From Candidatus Woesearchaeota archaeon (GTDB lineage Archaea > Nanobdellota > Nanobdellia > Woesearchaeales > UBA9642): a stretch of 64,000 nucleotides of DNA. A program made the position numbers and the translations under genes. The notes beneath the pieces were generated by a model. The model did no database searches. It was not told where the DNA came from and saw nothing but the letters and a program-made list of their open reading frames with translations. Below, piece after piece: positions 11,146-20,456 of the stretch; within the stretch, counting starts at the first letter, position 1; each line of letters starts with the position of its first letter. The stretch spans positions 127,961-191,960 of the forward strand of contig QZIT01000005.1 of the NCBI GenBank assembly GCA_003599145.1, written 5' to 3'.

Positions 11146-11850
11146 CTAAATGAGCACAAAATACAGTCTTCTTCTGTCTTTACCCTTGTTTTCCAGCTGG
11201 ATTATTTTTATCTGCCCTATTTCCTTCAAGTTTTTAACATGCGTTCCCCCACATGCCTGTATGTCTACGCCCTGAATGTCCAATACTCTGATGGTTTGTA
11301 TGGACGCATCAAAGGCTTTTCTTAATTTTACCAAAGAAGGAATTTGAAATGCCTCTTCTCTCGGCAGAAATTTTGAAATAACAGGAATATCTTTTCTTAA
11401 AATCTCGTTGGTTTTTTCCTCAAATCCCATCATTATATCTCTGTCAAAGCTTTCCAGAGAGAAATCAACTCTGCTTTTTTCTGTGTCTAATTGGTTTCCT
11501 GTAATTTCTGCTCCTGTTTCTTTATGAATTAAAGAGCTTAAGACATGGCTTGCCGTATGATATCTCATCAAAATATATCTTCTCTCCCAAGCTATGCTGC
11601 CTTTTACGGTTTGGCCTGCTTGTAATCCTTCTTTATCCACTTCATGGCTTATTTCACCGTTAAATTTGCCTACAAAAACAACCTGATAGGTATTGCCCTC
11701 TTCATCAGTCAATGTTCCTGTATCAAAAGGCTGGCCTCCTGAATTTGGATAGAATAATGTTTGTTCAAGAACAATAAATTTTCCATTGGCAGATTTTACG
11801 TTTGAAGTGAACTCCTTTTCATAGGGTTTTTCTAAATAAAGGGCTTGCAT
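11146..11850 (-). CDS. alaX: alanyl-tRNA editing protein AlaX-M
   Basis: HxxxH zinc motif HTASHVL and CGGTHV motif of AlaX/AlaRS editing domain; 234 aa. Confidence 0.8.
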   Translation of the reverse strand: MQALYLEKPYEKEFTSNVKSANGKFIVLEQTLFYPNSGGQPFDTGTLTDEEGNTYQVVFVGKFNGEISHEVDKEGLQAGQTVKGSIAWERRYILMRYHTASHVLSSLIHKETGAEITGNQLDTEKSRVDFSLESFDRDIMMGFEEKTNEILRKDIPVISKFLPREEAFQIPSLVKLRKAFDASIQTIRVLDIQGVDIQACGGTHVKNLKEIGQIKIIQLENKGKDRRRLYFVLI

Positions 11851-11886
11851 AAAAAAAGTATGCTGAAGAAATATAAAATGGTTTCG

Positions 11887-12459
11887 CTAGCGACTTTGTT
11901 TAAGTGAATCCAGCGCTGCTTTAGCTTGGCCTGTACATAACGTAAACAAGCTATCTTGAGCAGAAGTAATGCTTGAAGAATGCGTTACGCTTGTTTTTGT
12001 ATATATGGGCAAATCAGATGCATCGTAAACAAATTCTGCGCCATAATCAGGTTTTAAATCAACATCTGCATCAATAATCCAATCCATATATACTAAGGAA
12101 TCAACCTGCTTATATCCTATCACGCTTAAGAAGGGTTTTGGAGCTTCTGTAACAATATCAATATGTACACCGTCATATTTTAAAATTCCTCTCGTGTCAA
12201 TTTTAAAAGCATAAGGCCCTGTGCGCTCTAAAAGAGCAACCATGTCCACGCTATACTCATTAAAAATTTTCTGAGAAAGACTGTCTATTGTTGGATTTGC
12301 AACAAAAAGCGTTTCTGCCTGCGGCTGGATTTTTTGCACTGTTGCAGCAAGATCATAATAGTTTACATTGCCATCTTTAGGCGTTGAAGAATTTCCTTGA
12401 GAAACATTTGCTGCTAAACCAACCAATGCAGCTATACCAAACCATGTTGCGGTTTTCAT
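11887..12459 (-). CDS. hypothetical secreted protein
   Basis: N-terminal signal peptide MKTATWFGIAALVGLAANV; no domain recognised. Confidence 0.5.
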   Translation of the reverse strand: MKTATWFGIAALVGLAANVSQGNSSTPKDGNVNYYDLAATVQKIQPQAETLFVANPTIDSLSQKIFNEYSVDMVALLERTGPYAFKIDTRGILKYDGVHIDIVTEAPKPFLSVIGYKQVDSLVYMDWIIDADVDLKPDYGAEFVYDASDLPIYTKTSVTHSSSITSAQDSLFTLCTGQAKAALDSLKQSR

Positions 12460-12530
12460 AAAAACGCATAATAAGAACAGCTATTTAAATGTTGCTATTT
12501 TATTGTCTCTCAAGAGTGATAATTATACTG

Positions 12531-12887
12531 TTATGACTGCATTGCACGAGAAGGAAGAGTTGCAACATAGTCTTTTATTTTATTGCTCCCATACATAACG
12601 GTCGCATGATGCCAATTGCCTTGTGCAGCAATGCTTGTCCACGTCATTTTTAAGCCAGTTCTGCAAACATAATAGAACCCCTGTCTCCAAGTAACTAAAG
12701 GCTCATATCTTCTATGGCCTAATAATTCCTCTTTTGAAATATTTCCTGCATTGCAAAGTTGTTCAACGGCAGTATCAAGAGTTAAACCTGATTGATGAAC
12801 AAGCACATTAACCGTTCCTGCAATATGGTTCATCTCTTTATCAGTCATGCGCGGCTTAACAGATGTGCGATGCTTGGATGGCGCCAT
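12531..12887 (-). CDS. hypothetical protein
   Basis: 118-aa ORF, no motif recognised. Confidence 0.4.
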   Translation of the reverse strand: MAPSKHRTSVKPRMTDKEMNHIAGTVNVLVHQSGLTLDTAVEQLCNAGNISKEELLGHRRYEPLVTWRQGFYYVCRTGLKMTWTSIAAQGNWHHATVMYGSNKIKDYVATLPSRAMQS

Positions 12888-13139
12888 AGTGAGAGAACTG
12901 TTTAAACTTATTTAAAGTTTCTTAATACTACCTCAAACTCATAACAAATTACAGCAAGGTTTATATACCTCCTGAACTTAAAGAGCTTATGGGTGATGTC
13001 ATGGGTTATTTTCAAACCCTGTCCAAGGATAAATTAATGGCGTGGATTGCCGTTGTCATTGGATTTTTGCTGATAATTATTGCCCTCTTGATTTGGTAAA
13101 AAACCAAAGGTTTATATAGGAAAACAGGTAAAGATTACT

Positions 13140-13337
13140 ATGGGCCAACAAGAAGTGTATGATTTTTTGTGCAAGCACAAAGGCAAGTGGTATACGAGCA
13201 GGGAAATTTCTGAAAAACTCGGCGTTTCTATCGGTAGCGTTACTATGTCCTTAAAAAAATTAAGAAAAACCAATATTATCAAATACAAAAACACTGGTAA
13301 GAGAAACACCTTTAAGTATAAAGTGGATAGGCGTTAA
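13140..13337 (+). CDS. small winged-helix DNA-binding protein
   Basis: 65 aa; YTSREISEKLGVSIGSVTMSLKKL resembles HTH recognition helix region of small archaeal wHTH regulators. Confidence 0.5.
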   Translation: MGQQEVYDFLCKHKGKWYTSREISEKLGVSIGSVTMSLKKLRKTNIIKYKNTGKRNTFKYKVDRR

Positions 13338-13531
13338 ATTTCTTCTTCCTCTTCTTCCTTCACTTTCTTGACACTTTTACGACGAGTGTTTTCTGAGTCT
13401 TCATCGTAGCCTTTCAAAAAGGCATCTTCTCGGTCATCTATTTCGTCATCTTCTCTTAAGTCATCAACATCTTCACTGTCGTAATAGTCTTCTTCTTTTT
13501 CCGCCATGGTGCTGTTAGTTTTCAAAATCAT
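13334..13531 (-). CDS. small highly acidic protein ending in a poly-Glu tail (KEEEEEEI)
   Basis: 57-65 aa (alternative start MAEKEE); about 50% D/E, no Cys, predicted disordered; lies 37 nt downstream of the ATP-grasp-like gene on the same strand. Confidence 0.45.
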   Translation of the reverse strand: MILKTNSTMAEKEEDYYDSEDVDDLREDDEIDDREDAFLKGYDEDSENTRRKSVKKVKEEEEEEI

Positions 13532-13568
13532 TTATATAGTTTTCGCATTGATAATATATACTGAGAAT

Positions 13569-14927
13569 CTACAACGTGCTTTTTGCTTCTTTGATTTTTT
13601 GCTCTAGTTTTTCTGGAGTAAGGGAAGATAGAGTAATCATTCTTTTTCTTGGAATGCACCCTTCTTGCCATGAAAGGACCCAAGGATGCAATCTTGCTCC
13701 GTAATGAAGCGTTGACATTCCCTCCATAGCATCATAAACATAGATAGGAAGTCTTTTGCTGATAATTGCAATTTCAGGTTGTTGCAGCAAAATCATTTTT
13801 TTATAGGTTTTCAAACTTATATCTCCTAAAAAATCATAGTGAGACATACGGAGAATACCCATACCATCGTCAAATCCCCACCATTGTGGCTCGTACATTG
13901 CCCATCCATCAAATTCTCTATCTAAAACAGCATTTCTTTCGTCTGTTTGATCAGGAGATCCGCCCTGCCCGCCTCTGACGTTTGATAAATTAAAAACGTA
14001 AGGCTTTTGCAAAAGATCAGACATAGCAAATGTTCCCTTTGCTCTCCCAACGATTTCAGAAAATAATTTTTTAGAGTGTGCTTCTAAAACATCAGCCATT
14101 GCATCTGACACTGGTTTTTGAACAGCAGGATTTCTTGTTGAAGCAACATTCACTTTGAGCGTAGTGTCTGGGTCGTCTCTATTAATAGGAAATGATGAAA
14201 CTCTCGCGTAGGTTGCTAAAGGAACTAACGTTGGAATACCATTTTTCATACCTACAAAGAATACAGACCTATAAATGCCTGCGTATTCTTGGCCATTGCA
14301 TCTAAACGGCTCGGGTTCAATAAATGCTTCATAAAAATAGTTATTCCTTGGCTGGCCCTTAACAGATCTATTTTTTGGATTTTCTAAATGCTCTTTTGCT
14401 GAAAGAATATGCACTGTTGTTCCTGCAGCGCCATATGATTTTTTTCCGACAACAAGTGTATCAGAAGGGAGCGTTTCTGGGTTCACAAGTTGTGGCATGT
14501 AATCAGAAAACAAATCGTGAGTCAATCGTTTTTCATCTGCAATAACCGTTAAGTGATGTGCAAAAGGTACAGGCACATTGTCAAAGGAAGACCATGTTTG
14601 CATCAAAGTATCAAGGCTGACAAAATTATTAAATCCTCCTGAAACGGTTCCAAAATCAAATCCAGCATCCCGTATCGCAATATGTTTTAGGATGCTTCCA
14701 GGATAAGACTCCAGTTCAAGCAACACAGGTTTCCGTGTTTCTTTTTGCACGATATAATCAAAACTGATGACCATAGGAGAAGGCGTTGCTCCATATGCTT
14801 CATCTTTTGGCAATCCAAATGTTTTTAGAAATCTATTCACGGTTAAACCATCAAATCCTCTAAAACCGTTGGTGACGTAATCTTCGCTTAAAACAGCATC
14901 AGCTAGTGATTGATAAGCAGGATCCAT
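13569..14927 (-). CDS. hypothetical protein with possible ATP-grasp-like ligase core
   Basis: Segments VVGKKSYGAAGTTVHIL (Gly-rich loop after Lys), FYEAFIEPE (compare QEYI), RSVFFVG and FNLSNVRGG resemble the RimK-type ATP-grasp motif order. Alignment is by eye only. Confidence 0.4.
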   Translation of the reverse strand: MDPAYQSLADAVLSEDYVTNGFRGFDGLTVNRFLKTFGLPKDEAYGATPSPMVISFDYIVQKETRKPVLLELESYPGSILKHIAIRDAGFDFGTVSGGFNNFVSLDTLMQTWSSFDNVPVPFAHHLTVIADEKRLTHDLFSDYMPQLVNPETLPSDTLVVGKKSYGAAGTTVHILSAKEHLENPKNRSVKGQPRNNYFYEAFIEPEPFRCNGQEYAGIYRSVFFVGMKNGIPTLVPLATYARVSSFPINRDDPDTTLKVNVASTRNPAVQKPVSDAMADVLEAHSKKLFSEIVGRAKGTFAMSDLLQKPYVFNLSNVRGGQGGSPDQTDERNAVLDREFDGWAMYEPQWWGFDDGMGILRMSHYDFLGDISLKTYKKMILLQQPEIAIISKRLPIYVYDAMEGMSTLHYGARLHPWVLSWQEGCIPRKRMITLSSLTPEKLEQKIKEAKSTL

Positions 14928-15215
14928 ACTTTAGAAAAAAATCTTGCCTTTATAAATTTTTCTATTTTTATTACTTTAAAGTTACAACAATTTTTAATCT
15001 TCCACAGCAGTCAAATTTTTCAGATGAACCTCTGCATGGGCAAGTTGCTTCCTTGTCGTACGTTATTTTCATTTAATTTTTTTATGTATTATTTTATTTT
15101 TAAATTTTTGGTTTATATTCTTTGAAACAGGTATCGATAACATCAAAATAAGTTAAAATCACAATATTTATAAATAAGTTATCTTTACCTGTAGTATTCT
15201 TCTCAGTGATGAAAA

Positions 15216-15848
15216 ATGGGAAAGTTAGAAACATTGAATACGGGAACAACAACCCTGGGTATTGTCTGTAAAGACGCTATTTTATTTGCAGCAGACAGAA
15301 GGGCAACAGCAGGGAATTTTATTGCCAACAAAAATATTTCTAAAATCATGCAGATTAACGAGCATATGGCATTGACTGTTGCAGGAACCGTAAGCGATGT
15401 ACAGTTAATGGTTAAATACCTTAAAGCTGAATTAAAATTAAAAAGTGTCAGAACAGGCAGAAATAATACCGTAAAAGAAGCTGCAAATTTGCTTGCTGGC
15501 ATGGTCTATAATAACATCAGAAAATTCTCAGCAATACCAGGAATCAGCCACTTTTTATTTGGCGGCTATGATAATACCGGCTGCCAGTTGTATGAAATTT
15601 ATCCTGACGGCTCAATAACGAAAATAGAAGACTTCGTGAGCAGCGGAAGCGGAAGTGTCATGGTGTATGGAGTTTTGGAAACATCATATAAGCCAGACAT
15701 GAACGGAAAGGAAGCCGAGGAACTAGCCCTGAGGAGCATGAAAGGCGCATTGTTAAGAGACAGCGCTTCAGGAAACGGCGTTGACATTATCACGATAAGC
15801 AAAGCAGGCGTTAAGCAAACGTATGAAAAAACTATTCCAGGATTTTAG
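15216..15848 (+). CDS. psmB: proteasome subunit beta
   Basis: Propeptide followed by TTTLGIVCKDAILFAADRRAT (Thr1 active site region). Confidence 0.95.
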   Translation: MGKLETLNTGTTTLGIVCKDAILFAADRRATAGNFIANKNISKIMQINEHMALTVAGTVSDVQLMVKYLKAELKLKSVRTGRNNTVKEAANLLAGMVYNNIRKFSAIPGISHFLFGGYDNTGCQLYEIYPDGSITKIEDFVSSGSGSVMVYGVLETSYKPDMNGKEAEELALRSMKGALLRDSASGNGVDIITISKAGVKQTYEKTIPGF

Positions 15849-15879
15849 TTCTCTTACCAAAAAACATTAAGGTGCAACA

Positions 15880-17766
15880 TTGCCAAGTGAAATCATTAAA
15901 GAAATACTGAAGGACTTACCGACAAATTCCATCAGCGATGCTGTCTTTGAAGGAGCCAACATAGTGCTCTACACCAAAGACAAGGAATTTTTTCTCGATA
16001 ATAAAGGCATTATTAAACAGATTGTTGACAAAATAAAGAAAAGAATCGAATTGCGCCCTGATCCCAGCATTTCTTTGGAGCAGGAAAAAGCAGAAAAAAT
16101 TATAAAAAAAATCATTCCTGAAGATGCAAAAGTTGACAAAATTATTTTTGACCCTCAACGGTCCATGGTTGTTATAGAAGCAGAAAAACCCGGCGTTGCC
16201 ATCGGCAAAAACGGAGAAATCCTTCAGGAAATAAGGGAAAAAACGCTTATGGTTCCTTTGATAAGAAGAACACCTCCTATCAGGTCTCAAATCATTGAAA
16301 ATATCCGAGAAGTTTTGTATCAGAATAACGATTACAGAAGAAAATTTCTTCATAAAACAGGAGAAAGAATTTACAACGGATGGTTAAGGCAGAAAAAGGA
16401 AGAATGGGTTAGATTAACCTATTTAGGAAGTGCAAGAGAAGTCGGCAGAAGCTGCTTGTTTTTGCAAACTCCTGAATCTCGAATTTTGCTTGACTGCGGG
16501 ATTAATGTTGCCGATGCTGACCAGATGTATCCTTATCTTGAAGCTCCTGAATTTGACATTAAAGAGTTAGATGCAGTCATTGTTTCTCATGCACATATAG
16601 ACCACTGTGGTTTAGTTCCATATTTATTTAAGTTTGGTTATCGCGGTCCTGTATACTGTACTGCACCAACAAGGGACATGATGTCCTTAATTCAATTGGA
16701 TTTTGTAAAGATTCAAAGAGATGATGGAAAAGAACCTATCTACAACAGCGATGAAGTCAAAGAAATGGTCAAGCACACCATTGTTCTAGACTTTGAAGAA
16801 GTTTCGGATATTACGCCAGACGTCAGAATAACGTTTTACGATGCAGGACACATTTTAGGAGCTGCCATGGTGCATATTCATGTTGGCAATGGCTTGCATA
16901 ATCTGCTTTACACTGCAGATATCAGATATGCAAAAACAAACATGTTAAGCCCTACGGTCACTAATTTTCCAAGGCTGGAAACCCTTGCCATTGAAGCTAC
17001 GTATGGAGGAAAAGACAATATCAACCCTAATCCGGGACAGGAAGATGAAGAGTTATCTGAAATCATCATCAATACAGTCAACAGAAACGGAAAAGTGCTT
17101 ATGCCTGTTTTGGGAAGCGGAAAGGCACAGGAGATTATTGTGCTGATTGAAAGGCTTATCAGGCAAAAAAAAATGCCAGAAATTCCTGTTTATATTGATG
17201 GCATGGTATGGGATATTACTGCCATTCACACAGCGTATCCTGAATATTTAAATAGCTCGGTAAGACAGCAAATTTTCAATAAAGACAACAATCCATTCCT
17301 TGCAGACAATATAAAAAGAGTAGGCAGTGGAAAGGAAAGGCAGCAGATTATTGATGAAACAGGAGCATGCATCATCCTTGCAACATCCGGCATGTTAGTG
17401 GGAGGTCCAAGTGTTGAATATTTAAGGCATTTAGGCGACAACCCTCATAACAGCCTTGTTTTAACCTCATACCAGGGTCCTGGTTCTATGGGAAGAAGAA
17501 TCCAGAACGGAGAAAAAGAGTTTAATTTTAACGGCGGTAAAGAAGTTTTGCAGCTAAAAATGGAAGTTTCAAAAATAGTCATTTCTGGCCATAGCGATAG
17601 AAAAGAGCTGATGAATTTTGTCAGCAACTGCAACCCACGCCCTAAAAAAGTCCTGGTGAACCACGGAGAAAACATTCGCTGTCTCGATCTGGCAAGCTCT
17701 ATCCACAAAGCATTGCATATAGAAACAGCCGCTCCAAGAAATTTAGACACTATTAGATTAAAGTAA
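15880..17766 (+). CDS. aCPSF1 / FttA (KH domains + metallo-beta-lactamase + beta-CASP RNase)
   Basis: N-terminal KH region, HAHIDHCG metallo-beta-lactamase motif, about 630 aa; conserved neighbour of psmB in archaea. Confidence 0.9.
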   Translation: MPSEIIKEILKDLPTNSISDAVFEGANIVLYTKDKEFFLDNKGIIKQIVDKIKKRIELRPDPSISLEQEKAEKIIKKIIPEDAKVDKIIFDPQRSMVVIEAEKPGVAIGKNGEILQEIREKTLMVPLIRRTPPIRSQIIENIREVLYQNNDYRRKFLHKTGERIYNGWLRQKKEEWVRLTYLGSAREVGRSCLFLQTPESRILLDCGINVADADQMYPYLEAPEFDIKELDAVIVSHAHIDHCGLVPYLFKFGYRGPVYCTAPTRDMMSLIQLDFVKIQRDDGKEPIYNSDEVKEMVKHTIVLDFEEVSDITPDVRITFYDAGHILGAAMVHIHVGNGLHNLLYTADIRYAKTNMLSPTVTNFPRLETLAIEATYGGKDNINPNPGQEDEELSEIIINTVNRNGKVLMPVLGSGKAQEIIVLIERLIRQKKMPEIPVYIDGMVWDITAIHTAYPEYLNSSVRQQIFNKDNNPFLADNIKRVGSGKERQQIIDETGACIILATSGMLVGGPSVEYLRHLGDNPHNSLVLTSYQGPGSMGRRIQNGEKEFNFNGGKEVLQLKMEVSKIVISGHSDRKELMNFVSNCNPRPKKVLVNHGENIRCLDLASSIHKALHIETAAPRNLDTIRLK

Positions 17767-17830
17767 GTTAAAATAGAAAATTATATAAAGCCCCAGCTCT
17801 CTCATACTACTAGCAAAAAGAGGTGTTACT

Positions 17831-18589
17831 ATGGGTGATGATCAGAAGAATTCTAAAGATTTACTCACAGCCATCACTGAGCTGAATACGTCCATCAATA
17901 AAATGATTAAGATTTTTGAGGATGCCAATCAGGAAATGATCGAAGATTACCAGAACACAAGATTGCAGATCAAAGACAAGCTCGATGAGGTAAGCGATCA
18001 GAATGAAAAGATTGCAGAAGGTATTGTAAGCTTGGCGGATATGCTTAAAAAGCCAGAAGAGCATCTTGATGAAATTCATGAACAATATCCTGTCGATACT
18101 ACCAAGCTTCAGGAAGTTTCTTTTAATAACAGAACGGGAATAATGCCTCAGCAGGAACTGCCTGAGCCTCAACAGTACGATTTCAACAGCGACGATCCCT
18201 TTGCAGGAGACCCCTTTGCACAGCAGAATGCGCCTGATAATTTTTCACAGCCTACTCAGCAAAATTACCCTCCTGCTTCGCAAAGCTACAGCGATCCCTT
18301 TGCACAGCCGCGACAATCAGCAAAAAATACACCTGATCCTTTTAGCCAACCAAAGCCTTCCCAACAGCAATATGCTCAGGATCCGTTCGCTCAGCAGGAT
18401 CCCTATGCGCAAAAAGACCCTTTTGCACAGCAGGATTTTTCTGATGGGCAATTCATGCCTCCTCGAAGGCAGGATCCGTTTGCAGAGCAAGACCCTTTCG
18501 CAAAAGGAAATCTTGACATGCCTCCTCTGCCTGATGCTCCCCAAGCACCGGAAAAAAGAGGCTTGTTTTCAAAGCTGATGAAAAAATGA
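17831..18589 (+). CDS. coiled-coil N-terminus + about 9 degenerate DPFAQQ repeats (low-complexity P/Q/F-rich protein)
   Basis: Repeats DPFAGDPFAQQ, DPFAQP, DPFSQP, DPFAQQDPYAQKDPFAQQ, DPFAEQDPFAKG; underlying roughly 18-nt DNA tandem repeats at about 18194-18505. Confidence 0.6.
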   Translation: MGDDQKNSKDLLTAITELNTSINKMIKIFEDANQEMIEDYQNTRLQIKDKLDEVSDQNEKIAEGIVSLADMLKKPEEHLDEIHEQYPVDTTKLQEVSFNNRTGIMPQQELPEPQQYDFNSDDPFAGDPFAQQNAPDNFSQPTQQNYPPASQSYSDPFAQPRQSAKNTPDPFSQPKPSQQQYAQDPFAQQDPYAQKDPFAQQDFSDGQFMPPRRQDPFAEQDPFAKGNLDMPPLPDAPQAPEKRGLFSKLMKK

Positions 18590-18957
18590 CGTCTGAAGCA
18601 GCAAAGGAGTATTTTGTTTCTTTAGTAAAGGCAGCGCAGAAATACAAATCAGCGCCAGCCGTTGAGATTATTCCAAAAGACGACGCTGTTATGATAGGAA
18701 GTGAACCTGCAGAAAAGACTGCCGTAACACAAAAAACAGGAAAGACTTCTTCAGAAGCGTCTTTGCAAAAAAAGAAAAAAAGTTTGTCAAAGAAAAAAAG
18801 AATACATAAGAAAAGCAAAAAAATAGAAAAAAAACATGGCGTACTAAAAAAGAAAACAGCCAAACTGCATCATAAAAAAACTATAAAAAAAACACAGCAT
18901 CACCATAAAACTCAAAAACATAAACTGGCAAAAAAATCACGCAAAAAAAGAGTATAA
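18586..18957 (+). CDS. lysine/histidine-rich basic protein (histone H1/Hc1-like tail)
   Basis: C-terminal about 70 aa is almost all K/H/T (KKKKSLSKKKRIHKKSKKIEKKHG...HHKTQKHKLAKKSRKKRV); ATGA start/stop overlap with the DPFAQQ protein. Confidence 0.55.
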   Translation: MTSEAAKEYFVSLVKAAQKYKSAPAVEIIPKDDAVMIGSEPAEKTAVTQKTGKTSSEASLQKKKKSLSKKKRIHKKSKKIEKKHGVLKKKTAKLHHKKTIKKTQHHHKTQKHKLAKKSRKKRV

Positions 18958-18963
18958 AAAAAA

Positions 18964-19134
18964 TTATAAGTCTTTTGCCATAACAGTTTTTCTTCCGTTT
19001 GCTTCTGCTCTCTTGATAGCATCCTTGATTAACTGCTTTGCTTTCTCATCAAGAGCGTCTGCAAAATCGCCTGCAACATTATAACCCTGAGCAAGCTCTT
19101 TTATTTTTGCCTTGACAATAACTGCATCTGCCAT
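18964..19134 (-). CDS. small histone-fold-like / DUF1931-like protein (not in ORF track)
   Basis: Own translation: MADAVIVKAKIKELAQGYNVAGDFADALDEKAKQLIKDAIKRAEANGRKTVMAKDL (56 aa). C-terminal ...ANGRKTVMAKDL mirrors the archaeal histone end ...HAGRKTIKAEDI. Confidence 0.5.
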   Translation of the reverse strand: MADAVIVKAKIKELAQGYNVAGDFADALDEKAKQLIKDAIKRAEANGRKTVMAKDL

Positions 19135-19190
19135 ACAACCACCTCCAAAAATTCTTAATGTACAAAGGAATAAGAACTTTAAAAAACTTG

Positions 19191-19550
19191 TTATTTTTTC
19201 TTGGGAAGATACTCTTCAACTATTTTCATGATTTTTTTTATGTTTTCGCTGGTAATCGTCAAGGGATATGCAGATAACAGCAATTTCAACTCCTCATCAT
19301 TTCTTGGAAGAATGTCAACAATCTTATCAACGTATTCTTTTTTAAATCGTGGAATTTTTAACTTGTCTATTGCCTCAGCCAATTCTTCTGCTTCCTTTAC
19401 TTTAAGAATGTGAAAATTATCAAGATATTCTTCTGTCTTGGTTGCCCTGAAGCTTAACTCTTCATCTCTTTTCTTAATGGCTTTCAATGCTTCTTTCAAT
19501 TCTGCCATGGAAATGGATTGTTCTTCAAGTACTTCAGGTTTCATAGTCAC
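19191..19550 (-). CDS. rpoF: RNA polymerase subunit Rpo4/RpoF
   Basis: About 119 aa alpha-helical protein directly downstream of, and 4-nt overlapping with, L21e, the conserved archaeal L21e-rpoF arrangement; Rpb4-like composition. Confidence 0.65.
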   Translation of the reverse strand: MTMKPEVLEEQSISMAELKEALKAIKKRDEELSFRATKTEEYLDNFHILKVKEAEELAEAIDKLKIPRFKKEYVDKIVDILPRNDEELKLLLSAYPLTITSENIKKIMKIVEEYLPKKK

Positions 19551-19837
19551 GCCTTTTTTAAATGGACAGGATGCACAATGAATTTTCTTGTTGCATTCAT
19601 ATGCTTGATGGTAACTTCATAGCATCGTCCTTTTTTTCCTGTAATAATGCCGCTTGCGCCATAAAATCTCAAAGGATATTTTCCTTTTTGGACTCCTGGC
19701 TCCATGAGCATATAGACTTTTTCGTTGACTGTAAATTCCTGCAGAAATTTGGTCAAGCTGATTTTTCCCTTTTCAGTCAAGGGCTTGCTCATCTTGTGTC
19801 TGCTCTTTCTTCTGTATCCGCCTTTGCGATGAACCAT
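19547..19837 (-). CDS. rpl21e: 50S ribosomal protein L21e
   Basis: MVHRKGGYRRKSRHKMSK...GKKGRCYEVTI matches L21e. Confidence 0.9.
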   Translation of the reverse strand: MVHRKGGYRRKSRHKMSKPLTEKGKISLTKFLQEFTVNEKVYMLMEPGVQKGKYPLRFYGASGIITGKKGRCYEVTIKHMNATRKFIVHPVHLKKA

Positions 19838-19884
19838 AGGTTAAAGAAATTAGGAACTCTTTAAAAAGCTTTCGCCAAAGGAAA

Positions 19885-20418
19885 TTACGATTTGGCTTCT
19901 TGCAGAACAGTATCAACAGGCAGTTGCAAAAATTGTTCATAATCTGCAATCGCTTTATTGATCATTGCATAGGCAGCGGTTTCCGCACTTTTGAATTCAA
20001 GGGAAGTTAAAACAAAAGACTCTGTCACTTTGTGGTTCATAACTACAGGAACAGACTTAGGAACGTGAATAATAGCATGCAATCGTCGTTCATACACTTC
20101 CGGTTTGACAACCCGGCCATAGTCAATATGAATCCAATTTAAATTACCTTCTTTAACAGGACGATAAACAAAAACATCCTCTGTTTTATCTCTTGGGCTT
20201 TTTAACCCCCTTTCCTGATAAAATCTATCGCTCCTCTCAGAAGAAATACCCAGATCTCCCTGAACTGTTCCAATAGCAGGAACGTCTAGAGTCATAGTAT
20301 AGGACATATACGTCAGATACAAGGTAAGAGCTATCCTTTCTCCAAAATCTCCTGTTAATGGAAAACCTTCCAGTTTAATTTCCGGCTTTCTACTAACAAT
20401 AACTGCATCTAACGTCAT
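19885..20418 (-). CDS. hypothetical protein, paralog A (177 aa)
   Basis: Starts MTLDAVIVSR; shares length, N-terminus and C-terminal AYAMINKAIADYEQ motif with the neighbouring gene. Confidence 0.55.
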   Translation of the reverse strand: MTLDAVIVSRKPEIKLEGFPLTGDFGERIALTLYLTYMSYTMTLDVPAIGTVQGDLGISSERSDRFYQERGLKSPRDKTEDVFVYRPVKEGNLNWIHIDYGRVVKPEVYERRLHAIIHVPKSVPVVMNHKVTESFVLTSLEFKSAETAAYAMINKAIADYEQFLQLPVDTVLQEAKS

Positions 20419-20456
20419 AAATCTGCAGAACTGTTTTTGCGTTTAAAAAGGTTTAC

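Noticed and set aside
12989-13096. 35-aa hydrophobic ORF MGDVMGYFQTLSKDKLMAWIAVVIGFLLIIIALLIW
   Set aside because: It is plausible as a single-TM mini-protein but has no motif or context support, so it is left unannotated.
18201-18578. Alternative-frame ORFs (125 aa on +, 75 and 136 aa on -) across the DPFAQQ repeat region
   Set aside because: These are frames of the tandem DNA repeat. The DPFAQQ frame is continuous from an upstream coiled-coil domain and overlaps the next gene in operon fashion.
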